This document shows, piece by piece, positions 45,224 to 54,357 of a stretch of 64,000 nt of DNA (position 1 is its first letter; each line of letters begins with the position of its first letter). Source of the DNA: Thermoplasmatota archaeon (lineage in GTDB: Archaea; Thermoplasmatota; Penumbrarchaeia; Penumbrarchaeales; EX4484-36); NCBI GenBank assembly GCA_029932465.1, contig JAOZQA010000004.1:7980-71979 (forward strand), written 5' to 3'. Both the position numbers and the translations under genes were made by a program. The notes under the pieces were generated by a model. The model was not told the DNA's origin. It saw nothing but the letters and a program-made list of their open reading frames with translations, and searched no databases.

Positions 45224-46156
45224 ATGAAAAACAGGACCCTACAGGTGGTGAGGGAAGGAGCAGAAGATATAAGGACAATGAGAGTGAGAGGCGCAACAAG
45301 GCTGGCTCTTCACGCCGCCCGAGTCCTCTGCAGGGCGGCGGAGCTTGAGGGGAGGGAGGCGGAGGAGAAGGACATACAGGATGCTGCAGTGATATTATTA
45401 AACAGCAGGCCCACAGCTATATCCCTTTCCAATGCCCTTAGGTATATGCTCGAGAGTTCCTCAGGGAGGGAGGGCCTCGGGCTCATTGAGGCTCTGAAAG
45501 AGGCCCTAACGCGCCTTGAGAGATTTGTTGAAAGGTCCCAGAATAGAATAGAGAAGGTGGGAGAGGCGCTCTTTGACGCCACCCGTCCTGCTGTTCTCAT
45601 GACACACTGCAACAGCCAGACCGCCATAGGTGTCATCCGCAGGGGGTGGGAGCTTGGGGGGGTTAAAAAGGTCTTCTCAATGGAGGCGCGCCCCCGATAC
45701 CAGGGGCGAATAACCTCCCACCAGCTCGCCTCCTATGGTATAGAGACTTATATGATAGTGGATTCCGCTTGCAATTACTTTATGGATCAAGTAAATATGG
45801 TGGTGGTGGGTGCTGACACTGTGTTTCAAGACGGTGATTTTGTGAATAAGATAGGGACCTCCACCCTAGCCCTTGTAGCGAAGGAGTGGGGGGTCCCTCT
45901 CTACAGCGCAGCCTCCCTGCTTAAGATGGCTCCCCCGGGGTTCTCCAAGAAGGACCTTGTGATAGAGATGAGACCAAGGGAGGAGATAGCTCCCCCGGGG
46001 GAGTTCCCGGGGGTTAACATCCTAAATCCCGCTTTTGACCTCACTCCCTCCTCTTATATCACGGGATACATCACAGAACGGGGGATTTTGAGACCGGAGG
46101 AAATAGAGGGGCATACCTTCACTTCCGAGGCGGTAAAGAGGTTACTCGAGGACTGA
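45224..46156 (+). CDS. eIF-2B alpha/beta/delta-family protein (putative ribose-1,5-bisphosphate isomerase / aIF-2B subunit)
   Basis: 310 aa with family hallmarks: RGATRLALHAARVL, VLMTHCNSQTA, VVVGADTVFQDGDFVNKIGT. Confidence 0.75.
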   Translation: MKNRTLQVVREGAEDIRTMRVRGATRLALHAARVLCRAAELEGREAEEKDIQDAAVILLNSRPTAISLSNALRYMLESSSGREGLGLIEALKEALTRLERFVERSQNRIEKVGEALFDATRPAVLMTHCNSQTAIGVIRRGWELGGVKKVFSMEARPRYQGRITSHQLASYGIETYMIVDSACNYFMDQVNMVVVGADTVFQDGDFVNKIGTSTLALVAKEWGVPLYSAASLLKMAPPGFSKKDLVIEMRPREEIAPPGEFPGVNILNPAFDLTPSSYITGYITERGILRPEEIEGHTFTSEAVKRLLED

Positions 46157-46225
46157 GGAAGACTCCTAAAGAAGCGGCATTTTAAACCTGTGAGCGCATT
46201 TACGGAAAAATTTTAAGAAGAGTCC

Positions 46226-46621
46226 TCACGAGTAGGTTTTGAAATCCATCCTCTCCCTATATTCGATCTCAGGAGAGAGCCCGAGCTTGTTGAGTGAAGA
46301 GAAGGAGTTGAGCTTCTCTATAACATCCATCAGCTCGTTTGGAAGTAGTGAGAGGGCTACCGGAGCGTAGAAGACCCACGCCTTCTTCCGGGGGCTGAAT
46401 ACGCCCACTAGCTCGGCCACCCTTGCTCTAACTTCCGGGTTTCTAACATCCTCCTCAGGGTCTGCTATGTAAAAGATTCTATCCTGAGGGCAGTGTTTGG
46501 GAGGATTGGAGATAGTGTAATCTTTCCAGGGGCAGGTGGGGTTCTGACAGAAATCGCATATTATGATTTCGTCCAGATATTTCACCTGCCTCTCTCTGGC
46601 TTCTCTCTCCTCTTCACTCAT
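46226..46621 (-). CDS. Hypothetical Cys-motif protein
   Basis: 131 aa; contains CDFCQNPTCPW...HCPQD. Confidence 0.45.
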   Translation of the reverse strand: MSEEEREARERQVKYLDEIIICDFCQNPTCPWKDYTISNPPKHCPQDRIFYIADPEEDVRNPEVRARVAELVGVFSPRKKAWVFYAPVALSLLPNELMDVIEKLNSFSSLNKLGLSPEIEYRERMDFKTYS

Positions 46622-46636
46622 CTCCTTGGGCCTCCT

Positions 46637-47278
46637 TCATCCCTCTCTGTGCCGGTCCTGCCGCACCCCCTCTTCAATTGTTATCTGGAGAGCCCTCACC
46701 ACCCCCCTTTCAATGAGTTCAAGGGGCATATGGCCCCGCCCATAGTGTTTTCTCTCCCGCGCTACATATTCGGTGTGGAGGGGTATGTGGAGGAACCCTC
46801 CCACACCCTTCCATTCTCCTATCCTGTGAAGTACAAAATAAAAAACGGCGTTGCAGAGATACCCCCCGGCGCTGTGGGAGACTGCAGAGGGGATTCCCTC
46901 CTCCCTTAAGCTCTGGATTATCCTCCTTACGGGGAGGCCACTTTTAAGGACGGTCTCCCCCCCGGGAATTATCTCCTCCCCCTCCGCCAGCACTCCTCTC
47001 TCATCCGGTTCCTCCGATTCTTTTATGTTGTGGGCAAAACGTTCAACGGCAATCCATCCTATCAGGGGATTCAGTCCTAGGGAGAGCACAATGTCCCAAC
47101 GCTTCTCCTTGAGGAGCTTATCCAGGGCCACCAAAGCGTCCTCATAGGACACCTTAAGCACCGCACCGGTGAGTCTTACTCCGGCAATGTTCTGGCCGTC
47201 TAGATTCTTCGCTATGAGCTGGGAGGGATTTTCTTTGAAGGATAGGAAGGGTTCAAAACCCGTTATGAGTGCCTCCAT
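46637..47278 (-). CDS. pcp: Pyrrolidone-carboxylate peptidase
   Basis: 213 aa. MEALITGFEPFLSFKENPSQ N-terminus and a catalytic-Cys context (GGYLCNAVFY) are typical of peptidase C15. Confidence 0.85.
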   Translation of the reverse strand: MEALITGFEPFLSFKENPSQLIAKNLDGQNIAGVRLTGAVLKVSYEDALVALDKLLKEKRWDIVLSLGLNPLIGWIAVERFAHNIKESEEPDERGVLAEGEEIIPGGETVLKSGLPVRRIIQSLREEGIPSAVSHSAGGYLCNAVFYFVLHRIGEWKGVGGFLHIPLHTEYVARERKHYGRGHMPLELIERGVVRALQITIEEGVRQDRHREG

Positions 47279-47281
47279 GCC

Positions 47282-47716
47282 TCACACCACTTCAATACCT
47301 TCCCCGCCTTTCTTCCTGGCTTTCTTCTTGGGCGAAATGTTCACTGTGGGGAGGGGAATCGGCGGGGGAAGTTTGAGCTCCTTCGCCAGATAGAAGGCGT
47401 GGGGTATTATGCCCCCCAGAACCCCATTGTACATCTCCTGGGTGAGTTTCTCTGGGGGTGGGTTTCCTGAGCTCTTCCACTCGTCATATACCTTCTTGAT
47501 CTCCTCCTCTGATGCAGCTACTATGATGTCCCCGCTGAAGGTTATGGTGCCCAGACCCGTATATGTAATAACAACCCTGAACTCCGCCTTCAATCCCTCC
47601 TCTATTATGGAGGGAAAGGAGACGTTTATGTCATGGGATATCTGTATATTTCGGGGGGGTCTGTCCCCTACCCTGCGCCCCTCCACGGACTTGATGTTAA
47701 AAGCCTTAATTGGCAT
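47282..47716 (-). CDS. Hypothetical protein (start chosen at internal MPIKAFNIK; the ORF tracker extends it to 47815)
   Basis: Ends 3 nt before the pcp start, suggesting co-transcription. No recognisable family. Confidence 0.4.
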   Translation of the reverse strand: MPIKAFNIKSVEGRRVGDRPPRNIQISHDINVSFPSIIEEGLKAEFRVVITYTGLGTITFSGDIIVAASEEEIKKVYDEWKSSGNPPPEKLTQEMYNGVLGGIIPHAFYLAKELKLPPPIPLPTVNISPKKKARKKGGEGIEVV

Positions 47717-47774
47717 TTTTACCACCTTTCTTGGGGATGTAACCCCAGTATCTAAATAAAGCTTTTTCCTTCCC

Positions 47775-48494
47775 CTACTTCTTCTCGTTCTTAAAAACGC
47801 TCTTTGCCATCTCACATCTTGAGTTCAGGGGACACCTCCGGCAAAGGGGCTCCCTGCCGCAATAGTTCTTCCCCAGGAGAACAAAGAGGGCGTGTAGTCT
47901 GTTGAGGAACTGCGTGCTGGATGAGATACCCTCTACCAGAGCCTTGATATATTCTACAGCATCCTCATACCTCCCCGGGAGGTCAAAGCCAAACCTCCTC
48001 AATATTCTCACAGTGTAGCGGTCGACTACAAACGTTGGCAAATCGAGGGCGTAGAGGATAATTGAGTCTCGAGTCTCCTGTCCAATCCCCCAGAGTGAGA
48101 TCAGCTCTTTCTGAAGAGTGTCCATTCTAAGGGATCTTGCTCTGGTGATATCCCCCCCGCACCTCTTGATGACCCACTCTGAAAGCACTTTGAGCTTTCT
48201 AGCCTTCTGATTGAAGTATCCGGATGGGCGTATGGTCTCCGCCAACACGTCTAAAGGGGAATCTCTGATATCCTCTGGAGTAAAAAGGCCCATAGTCTTC
48301 ATTCTTCTCAAAGTCTTCTCAACGTTCACCCATGAGGTGTTCTGGGTCAGAACGGCACCAACAGCTATCTCCCAGGGGTTGTCCCCGGGCCACCACATTG
48401 GGTCCCCAAAGTGTCTCAGGCTTCTGCGGTAGATGTATATGATATCCTTAACTGGAGGGGTGCATTTCCCGACCTCTATTCCGTTGCCTTTCAT
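47775..48494 (-). CDS. nth: Endonuclease III-like HhH-GPD DNA glycosylase with a C-terminal Fe-S cluster loop
   Basis: PWEIAVGAVLTQNTSWVNVEKT (HhH-GPD) and a C-terminal C-x-C-x5-C...C cluster (CGREPLCRRCPLNSRCE). Confidence 0.7.
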   Translation of the reverse strand: MKGNGIEVGKCTPPVKDIIYIYRRSLRHFGDPMWWPGDNPWEIAVGAVLTQNTSWVNVEKTLRRMKTMGLFTPEDIRDSPLDVLAETIRPSGYFNQKARKLKVLSEWVIKRCGGDITRARSLRMDTLQKELISLWGIGQETRDSIILYALDLPTFVVDRYTVRILRRFGFDLPGRYEDAVEYIKALVEGISSSTQFLNRLHALFVLLGKNYCGREPLCRRCPLNSRCEMAKSVFKNEKK

Positions 48495-48534
48495 CAGCCC
48501 ACGGCTCCAGCAGCCTCTGAATGTGCGACTGAAG

Positions 48535-48894
48535 TTACCTCCTCATCCCAATTTCTTTCGCAATAGAAGCTCCCTCATGGGGAAAGCCTCCGATAAAGGG
48601 AGAGTAATGAGGGTCTCTGCCGAGCTCCCTCAAATATTGCGCTTTGAAGCTCTCTACATCCTTTTCTTCCCCACTGAACAGGATGTCAATGGTGGTGTGG
48701 TAGGAACTCCTTCCAAATTTGCGATAATAGACCTCCCCTGAAACCTTCCCACAGACAAAGCGTATTCGCGACGGAATGTAGCCACTTGAGTCAGCGAGAT
48801 GTATGCTTCCACCATGTTTAGTTATGCATCTCAAAAGCGCCTCTCCCACATCCGTAAGATAGATTCTCCTGTCATACTGGCTGGGGGGCTTCAC
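48535..48894 (-). CDS. Hypothetical protein
   Basis: 119-aa ORF between nadE and nth on the same strand; no recognisable motif. Confidence 0.35.
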   Translation of the reverse strand: MKPPSQYDRRIYLTDVGEALLRCITKHGGSIHLADSSGYIPSRIRFVCGKVSGEVYYRKFGRSSYHTTIDILFSGEEKDVESFKAQYLRELGRDPHYSPFIGGFPHEGASIAKEIGMRR

Positions 48895-48976
48895 GATTCC
48901 CCTCCTCAGTGCTCTTTCAGATAGCGCAGGCTTCAGTGATATGGGATAGCAGACTATCCTTTCAACACGAGCTATG

Positions 48977-49786
48977 CTACCACCTCTCGTGGAAGTCCAG
49001 GCCCACGGTTTCAGGCCCCATCTTCGGTATGAGCAACCCCATTCTCTTGTGCCTGCTGCGCCGGACCATCTCCTGGATCCTCAGGACCTCTTCGGCAGTG
49101 GTCCCCGCATCTTCGGCAATGCGCTCAACCGGCATGTTCAGAAGAGTTCCCCGGAGGATTATGTCTATTTTGTCGTAAGAGAGACCAAGCTCACCCTCAT
49201 CTGTCTGTCCAGGAAGAAGCCCGGCGGTGGGAGCTCTTTTTATAATGAAGTCAGGAAGCTTCAGTTCCTTTGCTAGCACATAAAGTTGAGTTTTGAAGAG
49301 ATCGCCAAGGGGGAATATATCCGCCGCACCATCCCCCCATTTTGTGAAGTATCCCAGAAGGATCTCGCTTTTGTTGGAGGAGCCCGCTACGAGGAGCTTC
49401 TCGGCGTTGGCAACCGTGTAGAGGTAGCACATGCGTATTCTTGAAGCGAGGTTCCCTGCAACGAGTGTTCCCTCCCCTTCAGGGAGCACATCCTTCAAGA
49501 CGACCTCCTTGGCAGGTCTTATGTTGTACCTCTCCACTTTGATGTTGAGGAAGTCCTCTAGCAGAGATATCGCCCGTTCATCATCTTTATTCGGCTCCCC
49601 ATCGGGGAGAAACAGGGCCTTAAAGGGCATATTACACCTTTTCAAAAGCGTTGCCAGCAGGGAGGAGTCCAGTCCACCGGAAGCGCCCATCACAAATCCC
49701 CGGGCGCCAGACTCCTTTAAAATCTCACTCACAAAATCCCTCGTTATGCTCAGAACCTCTTCAAGCGGCGGTGGATTTATTTTCAT
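48977..49786 (-). CDS. nadE: NH3-dependent NAD+ synthetase
   Basis: 269 aa. PP-loop GASGGLDSSLLATLL; overlaps the upstream gene by 4 nt. Confidence 0.85.
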   Translation of the reverse strand: MKINPPPLEEVLSITRDFVSEILKESGARGFVMGASGGLDSSLLATLLKRCNMPFKALFLPDGEPNKDDERAISLLEDFLNIKVERYNIRPAKEVVLKDVLPEGEGTLVAGNLASRIRMCYLYTVANAEKLLVAGSSNKSEILLGYFTKWGDGAADIFPLGDLFKTQLYVLAKELKLPDFIIKRAPTAGLLPGQTDEGELGLSYDKIDIILRGTLLNMPVERIAEDAGTTAEEVLRIQEMVRRSRHKRMGLLIPKMGPETVGLDFHERW

Positions 49787-50508
49787 ACCTGCCCCTCCAT
49801 CTCAATATCAATCTCCCAGAACCTTTCACCGAGATATCCTAGAACGGCACCTGCAGCTGGAAGGAGTACCGTGTTGAAGGTGAGTGAGTAAATATCGGAA
49901 TATGTGAAGGTGGTCCAATCTTTATAAAGATCGTATGTCAGAAGCACGTTGGAGATGTACCCCGCACCGCCCAGTAATCCCATCACAAGACCTGTCTTCA
50001 GGCCGTATCGGTAGCTTATAGAGACAAGTAAGAGAAGAAGCAGAAGGTAGAGGAGAGATGGGGCGGGGGGAGGCGGGACAAGCCCAAAAAAGGAGAGTTT
50101 GAGGGGGGCCGAGAGCAGCCCCAGAATGAAGCCCAGAGCACCTACGGAAAGTAAAAAAGTGGTGGAGACCCCCCAGATTCTGATATAGTTCAGGGCAAGT
50201 TTCGAAGGAGGACCGAAGCGCTCCAAGGTCTCTGAAACGAGACTCTCCCCTCCTCTCGTTCGAGCTTCATTGAGATGGGAGGAGACCTCCCGTAAAACCT
50301 CCTCTCTCACTTTTCGCGGCAAGGGAAGTAGGTGAAGCCTGAGTCCCCGAAGGTAATCAGCACTGTTCAACTTCCATCCCCCCCAATAACCATTTCTGTG
50401 GCCGAGACCATCCTCCGCCACTCCATCACCGATTCCGCAAGAAAGCTCTTCCCCCTGTCGGTCAATTTGTAATATCTCCTTGGGGGGGCGGTACCCTCTA
50501 TTACCCAC
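49783..50508 (-). CDS. PadR-associated integral membrane protein (DUF1700-like N-terminus plus TM helices); start uncertain
   Basis: LPLPRKVREEVLREVSSHLNEARTRGGESLVSETLERFGPPSKLALNYI, then several TM helices. The annotated start overlaps the padR 3' end by about 140 nt, so the true start is likely a downstream non-ATG codon. Confidence 0.5.
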   Translation of the reverse strand: MGNRGYRPPKEILQIDRQGEELSCGIGDGVAEDGLGHRNGYWGGWKLNSADYLRGLRLHLLPLPRKVREEVLREVSSHLNEARTRGGESLVSETLERFGPPSKLALNYIRIWGVSTTFLLSVGALGFILGLLSAPLKLSFFGLVPPPPAPSLLYLLLLLLLVSISYRYGLKTGLVMGLLGGAGYISNVLLTYDLYKDWTTFTYSDIYSLTFNTVLLPAAGAVLGYLGERFWEIDIEMEGQV

Positions 50509-50711
50509 TCGCTCTTGACGAGTCCTCTTTTCTCCAGTCTGTGGAGCGCTGGATAGAGCGTTCCTTCTTTCAGATCAAAGTAACCTCCGCTCAACTCTCT
50601 CAGTTCTTTTATGATCTGAAAACCGTACTTTCTACCTTCTTTCAGAAGAGCCATAATACAGAGCTGTATGGCCCCCCTTTTTAGTTCGGCACTCCACACC
50701 CGCTGGACCAT
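50367..50711 (-). CDS. PadR-family transcriptional regulator
   Basis: 114 aa. IQLCIMALLKEGRKYGFQIIKEL...GTLYPALHRLEKRGLV is the PadR signature. Confidence 0.8.
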   Translation of the reverse strand: MVQRVWSAELKRGAIQLCIMALLKEGRKYGFQIIKELRELSGGYFDLKEGTLYPALHRLEKRGLVKSEWVIEGTAPPRRYYKLTDRGKSFLAESVMEWRRMVSATEMVIGGDGS

Positions 50712-50881
50712 CTTATCGAAGGAATATTGACTTCTCCCTATATTTCCTTTTGGATGCTATCACGCCCACCCCGGGGCTCACCCAAACATGTTCCTACCTC
50801 GTCCATTGGACCACAATATGTCCCCGGAATTTCTATTAAATTCCATAATTTAATAATATAAGTGGATTTTACATCAAATCC

Positions 50882-51580
50882 ATGGAGATGGACGAAGTAG
50901 ACAAGGGGGACACCCTTCGAGCGGAGGTGAACCTCATTAAGAAGTCCATACTTGAGAGGTTTCCCACCTTTGACCCGGAAAAAATTTATCTTACCCCGGG
51001 GGAGGTCCTGAAGGCACTGGAAGAAGACGAAGAGATAAAATCCTTCCTGAAGATGTGCCGGGAACATCCACCAACCGGGGCGGGGGAGGGGGTAGGTCTG
51101 CTGTTCCCGGACTCCAATTATAAGCCCCTTACCGAAGAATCGCCCGATAAAGCCCTGAGGAACCTCTATACCGCTGTAAAGAACCTAAGGTGCGAGGACG
51201 AGGTGATCATATACATCCTCTCCCCTATGCTAGGTATAATACCGCCTGCTTTTATTCCAAAGACGCCCAACGTCGAATTCTCAGGTCTTTTCTCCTATCA
51301 GGTGAGAAGAAGAAGCCTCCCGTGGAATGCGGAGGCTTTCCGGAAGGTGCTTGACAGAACCGCTGAGCAGGTGGAATCTTATCTTCGCTCCCATGCTAGG
51401 GACCATAGGGCATGGTATGCCATAATCAAGAAGGGATCCATAGAGGAGAGAATATTTGAAAGGGTCCGTTTTGAGGGGAAGTTCGGAATAAGGATTCTCT
51501 ATGAGAAGCGTCCCTTAAGCAGTAGTTATCTGGAAACCCGCGGGCTTCTGTCCCGAATACTGGAGGAGATGAAAAGGTGA
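50882..51580 (+). CDS. Hypothetical protein, translationally coupled to the downstream site-2 protease
   Basis: 232 aa; 4-nt overlap (ATGA) with the M50 protease start. Confidence 0.5.
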   Translation: MEMDEVDKGDTLRAEVNLIKKSILERFPTFDPEKIYLTPGEVLKALEEDEEIKSFLKMCREHPPTGAGEGVGLLFPDSNYKPLTEESPDKALRNLYTAVKNLRCEDEVIIYILSPMLGIIPPAFIPKTPNVEFSGLFSYQVRRRSLPWNAEAFRKVLDRTAEQVESYLRSHARDHRAWYAIIKKGSIEERIFERVRFEGKFGIRILYEKRPLSSSYLETRGLLSRILEEMKR

Positions 51581-53439
51581 AAGAAGACGCATTCTCTTTA
51601 ATTCCGGACCCGCCTCAAGAGGCCGTTGATATGGCCAAGAAGCTTAAGAGACTGGTGGGGAGGTACTATTCCGTTCTGGAAAGCTCTTTTGACGAAAAAG
51701 GGTTCTATTTCACCGTTATACTTGATAAGAAAACACATCCCGACAATTTCGAGGCGCTCCGTCTGGCTCTGAAAAAGATGAATATGTTCCCCAGAGTGGT
51801 CAGTAAGGAGGGGGAGTGGGTCATAGCCATCTTCCGTTACCCGGAGAGAGGGAGGTACTCTATTAGGGTGAACATATTATTGCTTGCCCTTACGGTGTTC
51901 ACAACCTTCTGGGCAGGTGCGATACTCTGGGAGGATTACTGGGGGGGCTCTGCAGGGGCCTTAGAAGTCCTAACCCATCCAAGAGCGCTGCTCTACGGGG
52001 GACTGAGCTTCGGCCTCCCCCTAATGGCTATACTAGGCACCCATGAGCTCGGACATTACTTCGTTTCCAGGAGGCACAACGTAGACGCCTCCCTGCCTTT
52101 CTTCATACCTATCCCCCCTCTGATAGCGCCTTTCGGAACGTTTGGAGCGCTGATATCCGTGAGAGAGAACATTCCCAACCGAAGGGCACTGGTGGAGATC
52201 GGTGCGGCGGGCCCCATCGCCGGTTTTATGATGGCACTTCCCGTAATATACATCGGCCTCAAACTCTCCACCAAAACGCTCACTCCCGACGAGCTTTCAG
52301 GAATGCACTACATAATTAACCTCCCCCTGATCTTCTACTTCTTTCTGAAATTTGTCCCCCTTCAGCAGAACGCGGCCTTGCACCCTACAGCAATTGCAGG
52401 CTGGATAGGAGTCTTTGTGACGGCTTTGAACCTCCTGCCTATGGGACAGCTCGACGGGGGCCATATAGTAAGGGGTGTCTTCGGAGAGAGAGCAAAACAA
52501 ATCTCCTTAGGATTCATCTTCATACTCCTTATTCTATCGTTCACAACAGGTTTCCTCACATATCTCTTCTTCGTACTCCTGGTCTTTTTATTTGGACTGA
52601 TACACCCCCCTCCACTTGACGACATCTCTCCACTTCGGGGCAAGCAGAGGATAGTGGCCTTCACTGCCCTTCTCCTCTTCCTTCTCTCTTTCCATCCCGT
52701 TCCAATATACGTCGAGGTGTTCAAGCCTCCGCATTACTCCTTCGAAATACAATACGCAAGCAATGTGACCTACCTCCTGCCGGGGGAGGTGGAAGAGGTG
52801 AGCTTCACACTTTACAATACAGGCAACGAACCCATAGACATAGAGATCGGTGTCTGGGGAGCGTACTACACAGGGGGCGAGCTCAACTGGACCTCATGGC
52901 CTCTTCTTAAGGGGACAGGTATAGATGTTCGTCTGGAGGACCTGCCGGAGGAGGTCACACTGAAAGTGGGTGAGAGGAGAACCTTCCGATTCACCGCAGA
53001 GGCCGCCCCGGGGAACATAACAAGAGAAGCGCTCCTCCTTGAGATGAACTTCACCTCAGAGAGGGCCGAGAAGAACCTTACTGAAAGGTTCTGGATTCTC
53101 GCATCGCCCATCAGGGTGACCCCCTCTACAAAGGATTTCATTGTACACCCCGGCAACGGCATACGCTACAACCTCACGGTGAAGAACCTCGCCCGCTTTG
53201 ACCTCTCCCTCAGCATAAATGTCACGGGGAGGTGGGGGGTTCTGGAGATGGACAGGAACATCACCCACCTAACACTTGGCCTGGGGGAGGAGAGAGGGGT
53301 TCTGATCACGATCTTCACCAGCGATAGCTGGAGCGGCGAGAAGGAGTGCGTTGAGATTGCAATGAGAGACGAAGATGGAAGGCTCCTTGGACTAGCCTAC
53401 GCAGTTCTGAAAGCTCCCGGAGAGAGCAAGCGAGGTTAG
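51577..53439 (+). CDS. Site-2 protease (peptidase M50) with an N-terminal soluble domain and a C-terminal extracytoplasmic beta-sandwich (CARDB-like) region
   Basis: HELGHYFVSRRH (HExxH) and NLLPMGQLDGGHIV (LDG motif). The C-terminal roughly 230 aa contain VSFTLYNTGNEPIDIEIGVWG, which is CARDB-like. Confidence 0.8.
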   Translation: MKEDAFSLIPDPPQEAVDMAKKLKRLVGRYYSVLESSFDEKGFYFTVILDKKTHPDNFEALRLALKKMNMFPRVVSKEGEWVIAIFRYPERGRYSIRVNILLLALTVFTTFWAGAILWEDYWGGSAGALEVLTHPRALLYGGLSFGLPLMAILGTHELGHYFVSRRHNVDASLPFFIPIPPLIAPFGTFGALISVRENIPNRRALVEIGAAGPIAGFMMALPVIYIGLKLSTKTLTPDELSGMHYIINLPLIFYFFLKFVPLQQNAALHPTAIAGWIGVFVTALNLLPMGQLDGGHIVRGVFGERAKQISLGFIFILLILSFTTGFLTYLFFVLLVFLFGLIHPPPLDDISPLRGKQRIVAFTALLLFLLSFHPVPIYVEVFKPPHYSFEIQYASNVTYLLPGEVEEVSFTLYNTGNEPIDIEIGVWGAYYTGGELNWTSWPLLKGTGIDVRLEDLPEEVTLKVGERRTFRFTAEAAPGNITREALLLEMNFTSERAEKNLTERFWILASPIRVTPSTKDFIVHPGNGIRYNLTVKNLARFDLSLSINVTGRWGVLEMDRNITHLTLGLGEERGVLITIFTSDSWSGEKECVEIAMRDEDGRLLGLAYAVLKAPGESKRG

Positions 53440-53537
53440 AAGAGAGGGTGAGGCTAGAGATAATATGTGGCATCCATTTAGACCCGTTGAAGATATGAGG
53501 AGAAGATATTAATATCCCCACATTTAGTGGGTAGAAC

Positions 53538-54281
53538 ATGCTTCAACTCATCCTGGCTGACAGTGAGGTTGAACTCATCCCGGAAGAGCTCTGGACACAC
53601 CCTGCTGTTCTGAGGCACAGCAGGAAGAGATCGAAGAAGGCTAAGGAGATGCTTCTTGATGCCACTTACCACCACTCGGCCCTAAAGGGAGAGGACCGCA
53701 AAAGGAGGGGGAGGCCGGATATCGTCCATACATTCCTTCTTCTCGCCCAGGACTCCATAATCAACAAGCTCGGGCAGCTTCAGATTTGGATTCATACCCG
53801 TGGGGACAACCTCATCTGGGTGAACCCTGAAGTGAGGCCTCCAAAGCACTACAGCAGGTTTGTTGGCCTGCTTGAGGAGCTTTTCAGAGTTGGATGGGTG
53901 CCCACCAAGACAAACCCCCTTATGGTCCTTGAGAAGGGCGTTCCCTATTCGGAGGTGCTGAAAAGAGCTGAGAGTCTCTCACGCTCCCAGGGAAGAGGTG
54001 TGAAAAAGATAGCAATGAGCCCCCAGGGCATGGTTGTGGAGCCATATCATTACATGAAAGAGTTCATGAGAAAGGAGGGGGAGGTGAAAGATCTGGTGAT
54101 TACCATAGGTGGGTTCCCCCATGGGGATTACCTCTCCCCCGTCTACGAGCTCACGGAGGAGAGCGTGTCAATATATCCGGTGATGCTCACTGTCTGGACG
54201 GTGGTTGCGGAGCTTCTTACGTCCTACAGACTTGCCGCAGACCTCACCACCCCAAATGTATCTCCGTCAGAAGAGGCTTGA
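53538..54281 (+). CDS. nep1: Ribosome biogenesis factor Nep1/EMG1 (SPOUT-class pseudouridine-N1 methyltransferase)
   Basis: 247 aa. MLQLILADSEVELIPEE...RPDIVHTFLLLAQDSIINK is the Nep1 signature. Confidence 0.85.
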   Translation: MLQLILADSEVELIPEELWTHPAVLRHSRKRSKKAKEMLLDATYHHSALKGEDRKRRGRPDIVHTFLLLAQDSIINKLGQLQIWIHTRGDNLIWVNPEVRPPKHYSRFVGLLEELFRVGWVPTKTNPLMVLEKGVPYSEVLKRAESLSRSQGRGVKKIAMSPQGMVVEPYHYMKEFMRKEGEVKDLVITIGGFPHGDYLSPVYELTEESVSIYPVMLTVWTVVAELLTSYRLAADLTTPNVSPSEEA

Positions 54282-54357
54282 GGGGCAAGGGAAGAAAATC
54301 TATTTTTAAGAGAGGGACATTACCCCCTGTCGCCCTTTTAGCAAAAGGAGGTTCGGC

